Assembly (NCBI GenBank): GCA_016208085.1
Contig: JACQYT010000030.1
Coordinates: 8,135 to 72,134, forward strand
DNA from: Elusimicrobiota bacterium
Lineage (GTDB): Bacteria; Elusimicrobiota; Elusimicrobia; Elusimicrobiales; UBA9959
Length of the DNA: 64,000 bases
Reading direction: 5' to 3'
Shown piece after piece: positions 1 to 9,632 of this stretch. Both the position numbers and the translations under genes were made by a program. The notes under the pieces were generated by a model. The model saw nothing but the letters and a program-made list of their open reading frames with translations, was not told the origin of the DNA and searched no databases. How positions within the stretch are numbered: the stretch's first letter is position 1; every line of letters starts with the position of its first letter.

Positions 1-749
1 GAAACCGCCGTCCTTATTTCCTGTTTTATTTCCGGAGCCGGAACCGCGGTCTTGGGCTTGCCGCAGGCTTCGCGGAGCTTTATCTGGAGGGCGCAGATCT
101 TGTCAATTTCCAGCTTGGCGGTTTCCATGGCGGCTATTAGGTCGTAGTTCGGTATTTCCCGGCCCCCGCCTTCCACCATCAGGATGCCCTGCGGCGTGCC
201 GGAGATGACCAGCTCAAGGTCCGATTCCTGCCGCTGCTCATAAGTGGGATTGATGATAAACCGGCCGTCCGTCTTGTTTATCCTGACCGCGGCGACCGGG
301 CCGTTGAACGGGATATCCGAGATCATAAGCGCGGTAGCGGCGGCGTTGATGGCAAGCACGTCGGAATCGTTCTCGCCGTCGCTTGACATCACCAGCGACA
401 CGACCTGGGTCTCGGTGTTGAAATGCTCGGGGAACAGCGGCCGGAGCGTGCGGTCCGAAAGCCTGGAGCCGAGGACTTCCTTCTCTCTCGGCCTGCCTTC
501 CCTCTTGAAGAACCCGCCGGGTATCTTGCCGGCCGCGTAGGTCCTTTCTTTATAATCCACGGAGAGCGGCACGAACGAGGACGGGTTGTCTTTGGGGTTC
601 TTGGCCTGGACGCAGGACGCCAGCACCACTGTGTCGCCGCATCTCGCCAGCACGGAGCCGCCCGCCTGTTTGGCCAGCAGTCCGGTTTCAAATGAAATTG
701 CTTTATCTCCCACCTTTTCTTCAAGGCGGATCAGTTTGGGTTCAGTCAT
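1..749 (-). CDS. pnp: Polyribonucleotide nucleotidyltransferase (5' part; runs off window)
   Basis: Manual translation MTEPKLIRLEEKVGDKAISFETGLLAKQAGG...YAAGKIPGGFFKREGRP...DRTLRPLFP; directly downstream of rpsO. Confidence 0.96.
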   Translation of the reverse strand, partial: MTEPKLIRLEEKVGDKAISFETGLLAKQAGGSVLARCGDTVVLASCVQAKNPKDNPSSFVPLSVDYKERTYAAGKIPGGFFKREGRPREKEVLGSRLSDRTLRPLFPEHFNTETQVVSLVMSSDGENDSDVLAINAAATALMISDIPFNGPVAAVRINKTDGRFIINPTYEQRQESDLELVISGTPQGILMVEGGGREIPNYDLIAAMETAKLEIDKICALQIKLREACGKPKTAVPAPEIKQEIRTAV

Positions 750-754
750 TGGTG

Positions 755-1024
755 TTATTTCCTTAAGCCTAATTGCTTGATTACTTTTTTATATTCTTCC
801 CTGTTGGTCCTTTCAAGGTAGGTAAGGAAGCGTTTTCTCTCGGCTACGAGAATAGAAAGACCTCTTTTTGTGGCGTGGTCTTTGGGGTTGGCTGTGATGT
901 GCCTGGCGAGGTACTGGATTCTTTCGGTCAGCAGGGCCACCTGCACCGAGGTGGAGCCGGTATTGTTCGGATCAGCGGCGAATTTTTCCACCACTTCTTT
1001 TGCTTTCTGTTTCGTTAATGGCAT
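755..1024 (-). CDS. rpsO: 30S ribosomal protein S15
   Basis: NTGSTSVQVALLTERI...KDHATKRGL motifs; rpsO-pnp synteny; start placed at ATG 1024. Confidence 0.96.
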   Translation of the reverse strand: MPLTKQKAKEVVEKFAADPNNTGSTSVQVALLTERIQYLARHITANPKDHATKRGLSILVAERKRFLTYLERTNREEYKKVIKQLGLRK

Positions 1025-1041
1025 GTTCTTTTCTCTCTTAG

Positions 1042-1082
1042 AGCGTGTCCCAGGGTGCAACTCAAAGACCCCGCGGACCGCT
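1042..1082 (-). promoter_or_regulatory. Putative rpsO leader hairpin (S15 autoregulation)
   Basis: AGCG/CGCU, GUCC/GGAC and CGGGGU/ACCCUG stems just upstream of the rpsO start. Confidence 0.4.
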
Positions 1083-1215
1083 TTCCGTTTATTAGTTTAT
1101 TTTCTTAAATGTATTATATAAACTCCATTGCCGGCGAGTCAATTGCCCCAAAAAACGGCTGATGTCTTTGTATTTTAATCGGCCTGGCGCGGGTTGGAGC
1201 GTTATAGGGTTGCGG

Positions 1216-1824
1216 CTATTTTATCGCCTCTTTTATCCCGCTTATGATCTCTTCGTTAAAGGATTCGTCGTAGCCGGCCCAGACATTGTAGATGGCATGG
1301 TCCTTTGTCAGCAGGAAGATATAAGGGACGCCCCGGGTCCTGTACTGGCGGGACACCTGAGCGCCCTGATAAGCCACCGGGAAAGTCAGGCCGAAATCCC
1401 GGGCGAAATCGGCAGCGGATGAAGCTTCATCATCCAGGGAGATGGCTATAACGTTCAGTCCCCTGCCTTTATACAACTCGCCCGCCTTTTTTATAAAAGG
1501 GGCGGCCTTCCTGCAGTAAGGGCAGGTTTCGGTGAAAAACATCAGCATTACGGGTTTCCCGCCGTAATCGGCCAGGTCTACCTCACCGCCCGCGCAATCG
1601 GGCAATTTGAAGTGTGTTTCCTTTTTAACGTAAGCTTTTTTTGTTTCTTTGGCCGGTCCTTTTTTTGTCTGCGTGGTTTCGCTCACCGGTTCGGTTTCCA
1701 CCGCCGCCGCTACGACGGTCTGACCGGTCTCTTTGGCGGCCTCGGTTTTTTTGCAGGCATAAATGAACGTCAAAACCGGCAATGTTGCTAAAATAAAAAC
1801 TTTCGCATTTTTCATATAGAACAT
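1216..1824 (-). CDS. TlpA/ResA-like thiol-disulfide oxidoreductase, probable lipoprotein
   Basis: CPYC motif in thioredoxin fold, GVP cis-Pro motif, lipobox-like YAC. Confidence 0.85.
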   Translation of the reverse strand: MFYMKNAKVFILATLPVLTFIYACKKTEAAKETGQTVVAAAVETEPVSETTQTKKGPAKETKKAYVKKETHFKLPDCAGGEVDLADYGGKPVMLMFFTETCPYCRKAAPFIKKAGELYKGRGLNVIAISLDDEASSAADFARDFGLTFPVAYQGAQVSRQYRTRGVPYIFLLTKDHAIYNVWAGYDESFNEEIISGIKEAIK

Positions 1825-3062
1825 TATATTACTTTTCTGAGCGCGTCCAAAGCGGCGTTTACCGCGCAGCGTTTGATGAAAGCCCGCGCGCGGCGGAAGT
1901 TCCTGATAAAGCGGAAGGTTTTACCGTAAGGGCCGGCGACCGCGAAATGCACCAGGCCCACGGGTTTTTCTTTTGTCCCCCCCCCGGGCCCGGCTATACC
2001 GGTTACTGCGACGGCGTAATCGGTCTTAAAAAGGCGTTTCGCGCCTTCGGCCATTTCAGCCGCGCATTCCCCGGAAACGGCCCCGTGCTTTAAAATGGTC
2101 TTCCCGCTTACGCCCAGGATGATTTCCTTGGCCCGGTTGGAATAAGCTATGACCCCGCCCATGAAATAATCGGAACTGCCCGGGACATCGGTGATGGCGC
2201 TCCCAAGCGCCCCCCCGGTGCAGGACTCCGCCGTGGAAACGGTCGCGCTTTTCGCCAACAGCCGCCCTCCGACTACCTCTTCAAGCGTTTCGCCGCCGAC
2301 ACCGTAAATCCGGTCCTTTAAGATGTTGCGGCAGGCTTTTTCTATGGCCGAGCTCTTTTTAGAGGTTTCGCGCGCGTTCTTTCCCTTTACGGTAAAACCG
2401 AACTCGGCCGTATAGGGGCCGGCCAGGATGGTGTAATCGGCCTCCTTGAATTTCCGCATCACCGGGCGTAAAAGCGTTTCGGCCTGCACTTCCCATAGCC
2501 CCGCCATTTTGAGCCGGAGCGTTTTGATCGTCCCTTCCCGGACTTTAAAGAACTCTTTTACGGCGTCGGAAATAAAAGCGCCGAACATCGGCGCCCATTC
2601 GTTCTGCGGCCCGGGCAAAAGTATAAGCATTTTTCCGCCGGAAGTTATGATCTGGCCGAAAGCCGTGCCGTCGGCGTTTTTAACCATTTTGGCGCCGACG
2701 ATAATAAGGCATTGATTCCGAAGATTGGGCGGCAGCTCCTTCAGGCCGTAGTCGGCCTTAAGTATCTGTTCGGCGTATTTTGAGTATCGGAGCCTGCGGC
2801 CGAGGGCATAGGCTGCGGCCTGCCTGGTCACGTCGTCAAAGGTGGGGCCCAGCCCTCCGCAGGTAAGGACCAGGTCCGCGTTCTTGAGGGCGCACTTGAT
2901 CATCCCGGCTATGGCGGGCGGGTCGTCGCCTACGGAATGTTCTCTGGCTATCCTGAAACCCAGTTCGCCGAGCCGGCCGGAAAAGAGCGGCACATAACTG
3001 TTGATTTTTCCGGATAGCAGCTCCGAACCGGTGCAGACGAGTTCAGCTTTTTTGAAATCCAT
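1824..3062 (-). CDS. cinA: Competence/damage-inducible protein CinA (MoCF domain + NMN deamidase PncC)
   Basis: GGLGPTFDD; AESCTGG; GAVS; TGIAGPGGG motifs. Confidence 0.93.
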   Translation of the reverse strand: MDFKKAELVCTGSELLSGKINSYVPLFSGRLGELGFRIAREHSVGDDPPAIAGMIKCALKNADLVLTCGGLGPTFDDVTRQAAAYALGRRLRYSKYAEQILKADYGLKELPPNLRNQCLIIVGAKMVKNADGTAFGQIITSGGKMLILLPGPQNEWAPMFGAFISDAVKEFFKVREGTIKTLRLKMAGLWEVQAETLLRPVMRKFKEADYTILAGPYTAEFGFTVKGKNARETSKKSSAIEKACRNILKDRIYGVGGETLEEVVGGRLLAKSATVSTAESCTGGALGSAITDVPGSSDYFMGGVIAYSNRAKEIILGVSGKTILKHGAVSGECAAEMAEGAKRLFKTDYAVAVTGIAGPGGGTKEKPVGLVHFAVAGPYGKTFRFIRNFRRARAFIKRCAVNAALDALRKVI

Positions 3063-3151
3063 TAATAACTAAATTACAAAATAATCGGGAACATATGCCA
3101 TTCGGAATTTAATAGAATATTTATTCACTACATCAGCAGGGGAGGACTTGC

Positions 3152-3484
3152 ATGATAAAAGACACTCTTTCAAAAATAGAATCCGCCATCGCGAAGGTGC
3201 GCACGATTGACAATAAAGACGCGGCCGAACTGGTGACGCTGCTGACCGCGCTTAAAGCCGAACTCCAAGCTCTCCCGCAATCCTGCATGGACGACGCCAG
3301 GAGCATCGCTCATTTTACCGAGGCGGCGGCCCATGAGGTCTCGCGCGCCAACAAAAGCGTGCAGTTAAAGAACCTGTCCATCGCCGGCATCTCTTACGCG
3401 GTCAAGGGGTTTGAGGCTTCTCACCCGAAGCTGGTGGACGTGGTTAACGAGATCTGCATGGCGCTGTCGCGCATGGGCATATGA
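3152..3484 (+). CDS. Small helical protein (DUF4404-like)
   Basis: C-terminal FEASHPKL...LSRMGI; RBS GGAGG; overlaps next start. Confidence 0.65.
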   Translation: MIKDTLSKIESAIAKVRTIDNKDAAELVTLLTALKAELQALPQSCMDDARSIAHFTEAAAHEVSRANKSVQLKNLSIAGISYAVKGFEASHPKLVDVVNEICMALSRMGI

Positions 3485-5592
3485 ATCATTTTAATTACTG
3501 CGCGGCGCTGGGAACGGCGGTTTTTGTGTTGGGGCTGTCCGGTTTCGCGAACGCCGCTGAGCCGCCGAAGGCAAAAAAAATACCCCATAAAATGGAGAAG
3601 CACGGGGACGCGCGGACCGATGATTATTACTGGCTTAGGGAACGGGAGAACCCTGAGGTCATAAAGTACCTTAAAGACGAGAACGCCTACACCGACGCGG
3701 CGATGAAGCACACCGAAAAGTTCCAGGAAAAACTGTTCGCCGAGATGAAGTCCCGCATAAAAGAGGACGACTCCTCCGTGCCGTTCAAATACGGCCCGTA
3801 TTTTTACTATAAAAGGTATGAGAAAGGTTATGAATATCCCGTCTACGCCCGCAAAAAAGGCCTGACCGCTCCGGAAGAAATTCTGCTGAACGTAAATGAG
3901 GCGGCGAAGGGCGCTGCGTATTACCATGTTCGCTTCCCGACGATACGGCCGGACCACAAAATGACGGCTTTCGCGGTGGATACCAAAGGCAGAAGATTTT
4001 ATACGGTCTATTTCAAAGATCTTGAAACCGGGAAAATACTGGACGAGAACATTCCTGACACAGCCGGCAACATGAGCTGGGCGAACGACAATAAAACGCT
4101 TTTTTACGTCAAGCAGGACACTCAGACGCTGCGCTGGAACAGGGTCCTGGCGCGCAGGCTCGGCGAAAAAGAGGACAAGGAAATATATTTTGAGAAGGAC
4201 GAGACCTTTGAAGTAAGCCTTTCAAAATCCAGAACCGACAGATATATTTTTCTGAGGACCGCCGCCACGCTCTCCACCGAATACAGGTACCTGGACGCCG
4301 GCCGGCCGAAAAGCGGGTTCAAAATATTCTATCCCAGGCAGCCCGGGCTTGAATATTCGGTGGACGACGGCGGGAACATGTTCTATATCACGCATAACGA
4401 CAACGCCAAAAACTTCAAAGTTTCGGCCTGCCCGCCGGATAGGACCGAGAAAGCCGGCTGGACCGACGTCATCGGCCACCGGGACAACACGCTGGTGGAA
4501 TACATAGATGTCTATGAAAACTGGCTGGTGATAAAAGAAAGAAGCGGCGGCCTGCCCAGACTGCGTCTGCTGAACAGGGCCGATAACGCATACCATTACC
4601 TGCCTTTTGACGAGCCTACCTATGTGGCCGACGCGGGCGAGAATTTTGAGTACAAAACCGATTGGTTCAGGTTTAACTACGAATCGCTGACCACGCCGGT
4701 ATCCGTCTATGATTATAACATGGCGACCGGGGAGAAGATTCTTAAGAAAAGGCAGGAAGTGCCGGGGGGCTTTAAGCCGGAAGATTATGTTTCCGGATTC
4801 CTGCTGTTCGCGGTCCGCGACGGAGAAAAAGCGCCGATGTCCATCGTCTATAAGAAGGGGCTGAACCTCGCCTCCGGCGCGAACCCGGCTTATATCTACT
4901 CCTACGGCTCTTACGGTTACAATTCGGACCCGTCATTCAGCGCTATACGGCTGTCGCTTCTGGACCGCGGCTTTATCTGCGCCATTCCCCATATCCGCGG
5001 CGGCTCGGAACTGGGCCGGCGCTGGTATGAGAACGGCCGGCAGTTGAAGAAGAAAAACACCTTCTACGATTTCATAGACGCCACGAAATACCTGATAGAG
5101 AGGGGCTATACTTCGCCGAAGCATATATACGCCGAGGGCGGCTCGGCCGGCGGGCTGCTGATGGGCGCCGTTTCAAATCTCGCCCCTGAATATTACAACG
5201 GCATCATAGCGGGCGTGCCTTTCGTGGACGTGCTGACGACTATGCTGGACCCCGATATTCCCCTTACCACGTCCGAATACGACGAATGGGGCAACCCCGG
5301 CGCCAGGGAATACTACGATTATATGCGTTCCTATTCCCCCTATGACAACGTGGAGAAGAAAGCCTACCCCAACATGCTGATAACCGCGAGCCTTAACGAC
5401 TCGCAGGTCCAGTACTGGGAGCCCGCCAAATGGGCGGCAAGGCTGCGGGCGCTGAAAACCGACAATAATTTCCTGCTGCTCAAGACTGACATGGACGTGG
5501 GCCACGGCGGCAAATCCGGCCGCTTTGAGTCGCTGAAACTGGACGCTTTAGGCTACGCCTTCATGCTGGACCTGGAAGGGATCAAAGAATAG
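3481..5592 (+). CDS. ptrB: Oligopeptidase B (S9A) with signal peptide
   Basis: DDYYWLR, GGSAGG nucleophile, DSQVQYWEPAKW, GHGG. Confidence 0.93.
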   Translation: MNHFNYCAALGTAVFVLGLSGFANAAEPPKAKKIPHKMEKHGDARTDDYYWLRERENPEVIKYLKDENAYTDAAMKHTEKFQEKLFAEMKSRIKEDDSSVPFKYGPYFYYKRYEKGYEYPVYARKKGLTAPEEILLNVNEAAKGAAYYHVRFPTIRPDHKMTAFAVDTKGRRFYTVYFKDLETGKILDENIPDTAGNMSWANDNKTLFYVKQDTQTLRWNRVLARRLGEKEDKEIYFEKDETFEVSLSKSRTDRYIFLRTAATLSTEYRYLDAGRPKSGFKIFYPRQPGLEYSVDDGGNMFYITHNDNAKNFKVSACPPDRTEKAGWTDVIGHRDNTLVEYIDVYENWLVIKERSGGLPRLRLLNRADNAYHYLPFDEPTYVADAGENFEYKTDWFRFNYESLTTPVSVYDYNMATGEKILKKRQEVPGGFKPEDYVSGFLLFAVRDGEKAPMSIVYKKGLNLASGANPAYIYSYGSYGYNSDPSFSAIRLSLLDRGFICAIPHIRGGSELGRRWYENGRQLKKKNTFYDFIDATKYLIERGYTSPKHIYAEGGSAGGLLMGAVSNLAPEYYNGIIAGVPFVDVLTTMLDPDIPLTTSEYDEWGNPGAREYYDYMRSYSPYDNVEKKAYPNMLITASLNDSQVQYWEPAKWAARLRALKTDNNFLLLKTDMDVGHGGKSGRFESLKLDALGYAFMLDLEGIKE

Positions 5593-5603
5593 CCGATTTT
5601 TCA

Positions 5604-6146
5604 CTATTTCAAGATCTCTATCTGCCCGATGGAGGGCTGCGGGACCAGGGCCTTGGAAATCGCGCTGACCCCTTCCCCGACGTAAAGCGCGGCTACCAGC
5701 ACGACGCTGGCCAGCAGCACGCCCACCGCGATATTGCCCTTATGCAGTTCGGAGCCGGCGTGCAGGCGCTCTCTGGACAGCCTGCCGAAGAGGCGCAGCG
5801 TGACCGAAATAGTTATTACGGCCAGCAGCATGGAGACGCCAAGATGTCCGAGCGACAGCAGCGCCAACTGCCACAGGTTCAGCGTGCTTTCTCCCGGGGC
5901 TGAAATATACATCCGGAACATGCTTACGACGGCGCCCATGCCCTTCTGGAGTATCATGGAAGCGGCGAATAAGATGGCCGCGACCAGGATGCCCACCGCC
6001 GTATTGCCTTTCTTTATCTGCGTTTCCATGTTGAAGTCGGGATTGGCCGTTATGAAGATTTTGTAGGTGAGATATATCACCAGCCCGGCCATCACGACCG
6101 CAAGCGCGAACTCAAATACGCTCACTATCACTCGTGTGTATAACAT
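5604..6146 (-). CDS. DUF350-like membrane protein
   Basis: Two KGN(T/I)AVG repeats with hydrophobic helices. Confidence 0.7.
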   Translation of the reverse strand: MLYTRVIVSVFEFALAVVMAGLVIYLTYKIFITANPDFNMETQIKKGNTAVGILVAAILFAASMILQKGMGAVVSMFRMYISAPGESTLNLWQLALLSLGHLGVSMLLAVITISVTLRLFGRLSRERLHAGSELHKGNIAVGVLLASVVLVAALYVGEGVSAISKALVPQPSIGQIEILK

Positions 6147-6156
6147 TTTTCCTCCA

Positions 6157-6439
6157 TTACTGAGCCTCGCACAAATAATGGCTACACTGGAGGTTCAGCT
6201 TTGAGACGTATGCGAGGCGCGACGACGCAGACGGGCTTTATGCCCGTCAAGGAGGAGCAACGAAGCAGACGGCCAAAGATGAACCTCCCCCGCACCGTCG
6301 GTGCGGGGGCTGGCCGCCTTTGGGCTGCAGCTGCGTCACGCGTTTGCTTACGTAGCGTTGCTACGCCACGCTCCGCGCTCCTTGTTTCGCTCCAAAATCG
6401 GCCAGCCAGTGTATCCATTATTTGTGCGAGGCTCAGTAA
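6157..6439. repeat. Miniature inverted-repeat structured element, family B copy 1
   Basis: 34-bp terminal IR (6157-6190 / 6406-6439, 1 mismatch); internal hairpins; homologous to 42464-42741 in opposite orientation. Confidence 0.85.
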
Positions 6440-7473
6440 AAGAACGGCTCCACTTTATAACCCTCCGCCCCTTCCAGAAGGGCGGCGGTGTTTTTTCCCA
6501 CCGTGCCCGGCTCAAGCCAGGCCGGCCCGGCAGGCTCAATAAGCACGTACTCAAGCCCCTCGTACCTCACGAACATGTCGCCCTTGGCCGGGATTCTTCG
6601 TATGGCCATCAGGTAATGTCCGGGAACGGCTATGCCAACCAGCCGCATTCCGCTCCAGTTTCCGAGTATGGCGGCCGCCGTTCCGGTTTTGGTGTCGCAG
6701 TCCCCCCAGCCGCTCAGGAGCGCCCTGGCCGGCGGGAGCAGGCCGCCAGTATGCAGCTGACCCTCCAGCGAGGGCGGTATCCTGTATCTGAGGGCGGTCT
6801 GGACCAGGGAAATGACCGCGCCGACCGTCTCCTCCGCTCCGTAGCCACGCTCCGAAGAGATCTTCTGGAACGTCAGCGCCAAGGATTTGAGCACCGGGAT
6901 ATTGCGCTTTACGATGAGGGGCATGTCGCATTCCACCACGTTGCCCGCCCGCAGGGCGAGCCCGCGCGAGCGCATAAGCTTGCGCAACTGCGTTTCGTGG
7001 TCCAGGTCCACGTCAGCCACCGCCTTATCAGCGGCGGCTTTTCCGTCTTTTCTTATGGTCTGGTCCCAGGCGTTTTGGCGGGTCTTCTCGCGCCATTTGC
7101 GGAGCCTGGCTATGTCTGCGTCGGAGTAACCGTAGCCGGCGAGGTAATCCAGGTACGCCCTGCTCGGCATTGAAAAGGAAATATAGAGTCTGTCCTTGTT
7201 GAAATTAATGAAATTATACCTGGCGTTCAGGGCTCCTTTTTCTATCCAGATCTTCTGGGAGGTTCCCTTTTCAATTCTTTTGGGGCGGGGCGTTTCTTCC
7301 CCGTCTGTTTCGTCCTCTTCTTCCCCTTCGCCGGCCGACTGGGCGCGCAGAATGTCCATCCCCTCCGGATAGACGGTCAGTTTTTTCTCCCATTCCGAAG
7401 AAAGCCGGAGCGAGAGCGCAAACAACCCGCCCAGAAGCGCGAAGCAAGATATCAGCCCGCGATAATTCCTCAT
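6433..7473 (-). CDS. Exported transglutaminase-like cysteine protease
   Basis: GDCDTKT...PGHYL...IEPAG catalytic-type motifs; hydrophobic N-terminus from ATG 7473; stop codon lies inside the element IR. Confidence 0.65.
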   Translation of the reverse strand: MRNYRGLISCFALLGGLFALSLRLSSEWEKKLTVYPEGMDILRAQSAGEGEEEDETDGEETPRPKRIEKGTSQKIWIEKGALNARYNFINFNKDRLYISFSMPSRAYLDYLAGYGYSDADIARLRKWREKTRQNAWDQTIRKDGKAAADKAVADVDLDHETQLRKLMRSRGLALRAGNVVECDMPLIVKRNIPVLKSLALTFQKISSERGYGAEETVGAVISLVQTALRYRIPPSLEGQLHTGGLLPPARALLSGWGDCDTKTGTAAAILGNWSGMRLVGIAVPGHYLMAIRRIPAKGDMFVRYEGLEYVLIEPAGPAWLEPGTVGKNTAALLEGAEGYKVEPFFY

Positions 7474-7535
7474 AAAAGATTTCCTTATATCAATTCCGGG
7501 GAACTCAAGTTCCCCGTATTTTTCACGTATTTTTT

Positions 7536-7587
7536 GTAGTGGCAAAGCTTGCTTTGCCTTTTTGGGCAGAGTAAACTCTGCCGCTAC
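7536..7587. repeat. GTAG-type REP doublet
   Basis: GTAGT-GGCAAAG cttg CTTTGCC ... GGCAGAG taaa CTCTGCC-GCTAC. Confidence 0.65.
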
Positions 7588-7827
7588 GACGACAGACCTG
7601 AGTAGACAATTCCGGTCTGAACTCAATTTTAATCCATTTCATATAAGCAGCAAAACTGCTGTCTAAATAAAATAAATCTCCGCGCACCCAGAGTTAGGGG
7701 CATTTTATGCCGTCCCACAAAATCTTCGCTACGCGCGCAAATCTCTACAGTTCCCAAGAACCCCTCAGCTTTCGCGCAAGGGCGTTCAACTCAAAAATTA
7801 TCGGGTAATCAACCCGCGCTATTGTTT

Positions 7828-8799
7828 TCATTTTTTTCCATCCCGAACCACTCGGGCAGGGAACGCAGTAGGTCTTCGCATATCCGCGCCCTGTTTTTTG
7901 CCGCTTCCCGTATTGTCGTTTGGCTTATAAGGGTTTAACCGTGTCGTAGTTATTTTGAGGCGGCCCTTTTTTCCGCCGCCGGTCTGTTTCGCCGGCCGCG
8001 TGCCGTCCTCCAGCAGGAATTCCAGCCGGTAGTTCTGTTCTGAAAATGTCTTCCTCCTGTTCAGCGTCAGCGCCGTCTCGTTCTGCGTCTGGACGGATTT
8101 GGCAAAAGGGTTGAGCCCCAGCTCCAGCTGGTACTGCAGGCTGAATTCCCCGTCGTTCCCGGACGGCGCGAAGAGAGCGTTGAGGATAAACCCGTATTTG
8201 CGGCCGCCTTGCGCTATTGAATCCGCCACATTGGATTGAACGCCTGCCTTGGAAATAAGCCTGCACTGCTGTTTAGAGCCTCCTGCGCGCATATCCGCCG
8301 TGAGGCGGTAATTCGGAAGGCCCGCGGGATTCCACGCGCCGGCCCGGGACGGTTTTTTTAAGCCCGGTTTGACGTCCAGGCCGAGCGTCACTGTCCAGGG
8401 GCCGCAAGTTATGACCGTCAGCTCGTCTCCGGGCCGGATGACCACCTCGCTTTGGCCCTGGAACGACCTACCACCGCTGCCGCGGCCGCTTGAAAGCTCC
8501 AGTTGGTATTGCAGGTTCAGCGCACTTTCCGCGCCGCCGCCGCGGCTCAAAAGCCCGTTGAAGATCATCTGCTTCGGGACGCTGTTTGGGGCTTTCACCG
8601 GGCCCAAAAAATTGCCCTGGCTGCCTTCTGTTATCGGGATCTTTTGAATATAGGCGGACTGCCCGTTGGATACGCGTACCATAACGGAATGTGACCCGTC
8701 GCTAAAAGCCGCCTGTGCGGCTTTAAGCGGTTGGGCGGAAAGGAAAAATACAATGGCGGGAACAAAGACCAAAACCGAAACGGGCCTGAGTTTTTTCAC
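7828..8799 (-). CDS. Secreted hypothetical protein with duplicated beta-rich domain
   Basis: Signal peptide from probable GTG 8799; LQYQLEL motif occurs twice in similar context. Confidence 0.6.
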   Translation of the reverse strand: MKKLRPVSVLVFVPAIVFFLSAQPLKAAQAAFSDGSHSVMVRVSNGQSAYIQKIPITEGSQGNFLGPVKAPNSVPKQMIFNGLLSRGGGAESALNLQYQLELSSGRGSGGRSFQGQSEVVIRPGDELTVITCGPWTVTLGLDVKPGLKKPSRAGAWNPAGLPNYRLTADMRAGGSKQQCRLISKAGVQSNVADSIAQGGRKYGFILNALFAPSGNDGEFSLQYQLELGLNPFAKSVQTQNETALTLNRRKTFSEQNYRLEFLLEDGTRPAKQTGGGKKGRLKITTTRLNPYKPNDNTGSGKKQGADMRRPTAFPARVVRDGKK

Positions 8800-8976
8800 T
8801 GGGCAATACCTCCGGGAATCGTTTAAAAACCGTAACTGCTCACCCCTCCCTATATATAAGCATATATAGCCTGCCATGTTCACGGCATGAGCCTAACGGG
8901 GAGCAGCGTAACAGGCCAAAAGTCCGCTACGCTATTGATATTTTATTTGACACACAAGAATAACTGTGGTAATATT

Positions 8977-9145
8977 GATTCTTCCGTAAAAAGTCTTTTT
9001 TTGGTCCAAAACTGTAGCGGCGGACGTAAGTCCGCTCAATAGGCGACTCACGTCGCCCGCTACAAGGCTATGCCAGTGCCGTATCAAGAGCTATGCTCAT
9101 TAGACGGCCAATTTCTAAACAAAATAAACTTTTTACGAATGAATC
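8977..9145. mobile_element. MITE family A copy 1 (GATTC..CGTAAAAAGT IR, REP-doublet core, extra 43-bp insert)
   Basis: Terminal IRs; flanking AATATT duplication; near-identical to 23954-24076. Confidence 0.85.
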
Positions 9146-9217
9146 AATATTGGCCAAGCGGAGAATCCGCTCAAGTAAGAATGTCAGCATAAAACCAAGA
9201 GATACGGGGGGGGCGCT

Positions 9218-9604
9218 ATGGGCAGAATTGTTTCAAATGTAAGAATCATGAATTTACTTCAACAGGAAGCTGCAATTACCTGTGATGCTCTTGTTGATAC
9301 CGGTGCGGCATATATGGTTTTGCCGAGAGCATGGAAAGAAAAAATTGGAAAAATCAACATTGTAAGAGAGATTGATTGTGAAACCGCTACCCAGGAAATA
9401 ATAAAGGGAGAGGTATGTGGACCGGTGGAAATCAGGATTGAAGGCTTTAAGCCTATTTACAGTGAAGTGTTATTTCTGGATATGAACCCCGTAGATGGAA
9501 TATATGAACCATTAATCGGCTATATAGTTTTAGAACAATCTCAAGCTGCCGTGGACACGCTTGGGCACAGACTTGTGCATATTAAAAAGGCGGATTTAAA
9601 ATAA
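9218..9604 (+). CDS. Clan AA (retropepsin-like) aspartic protease
   Basis: ALVDTGA motif and LIG...LE C-terminal motif. Confidence 0.8.
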   Translation: MGRIVSNVRIMNLLQQEAAITCDALVDTGAAYMVLPRAWKEKIGKINIVREIDCETATQEIIKGEVCGPVEIRIEGFKPIYSEVLFLDMNPVDGIYEPLIGYIVLEQSQAAVDTLGHRLVHIKKADLK

Positions 9605-9632
9605 AAATATCAGGCCAGGGAGAAAATAAAAT

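Noticed and set aside
6182-7173. ORFs 6201-6542, 6301-7173, 6182-6418 and similar ORFs at 42462-43028
   Set aside because: They are read-throughs of the GC-rich palindromic element or antisense to real genes.
7474-7626. Upstream extension of the transglutaminase-like ORF
   Set aside because: Runs through a REP doublet; the hydrophobic leader starts at ATG 7473.
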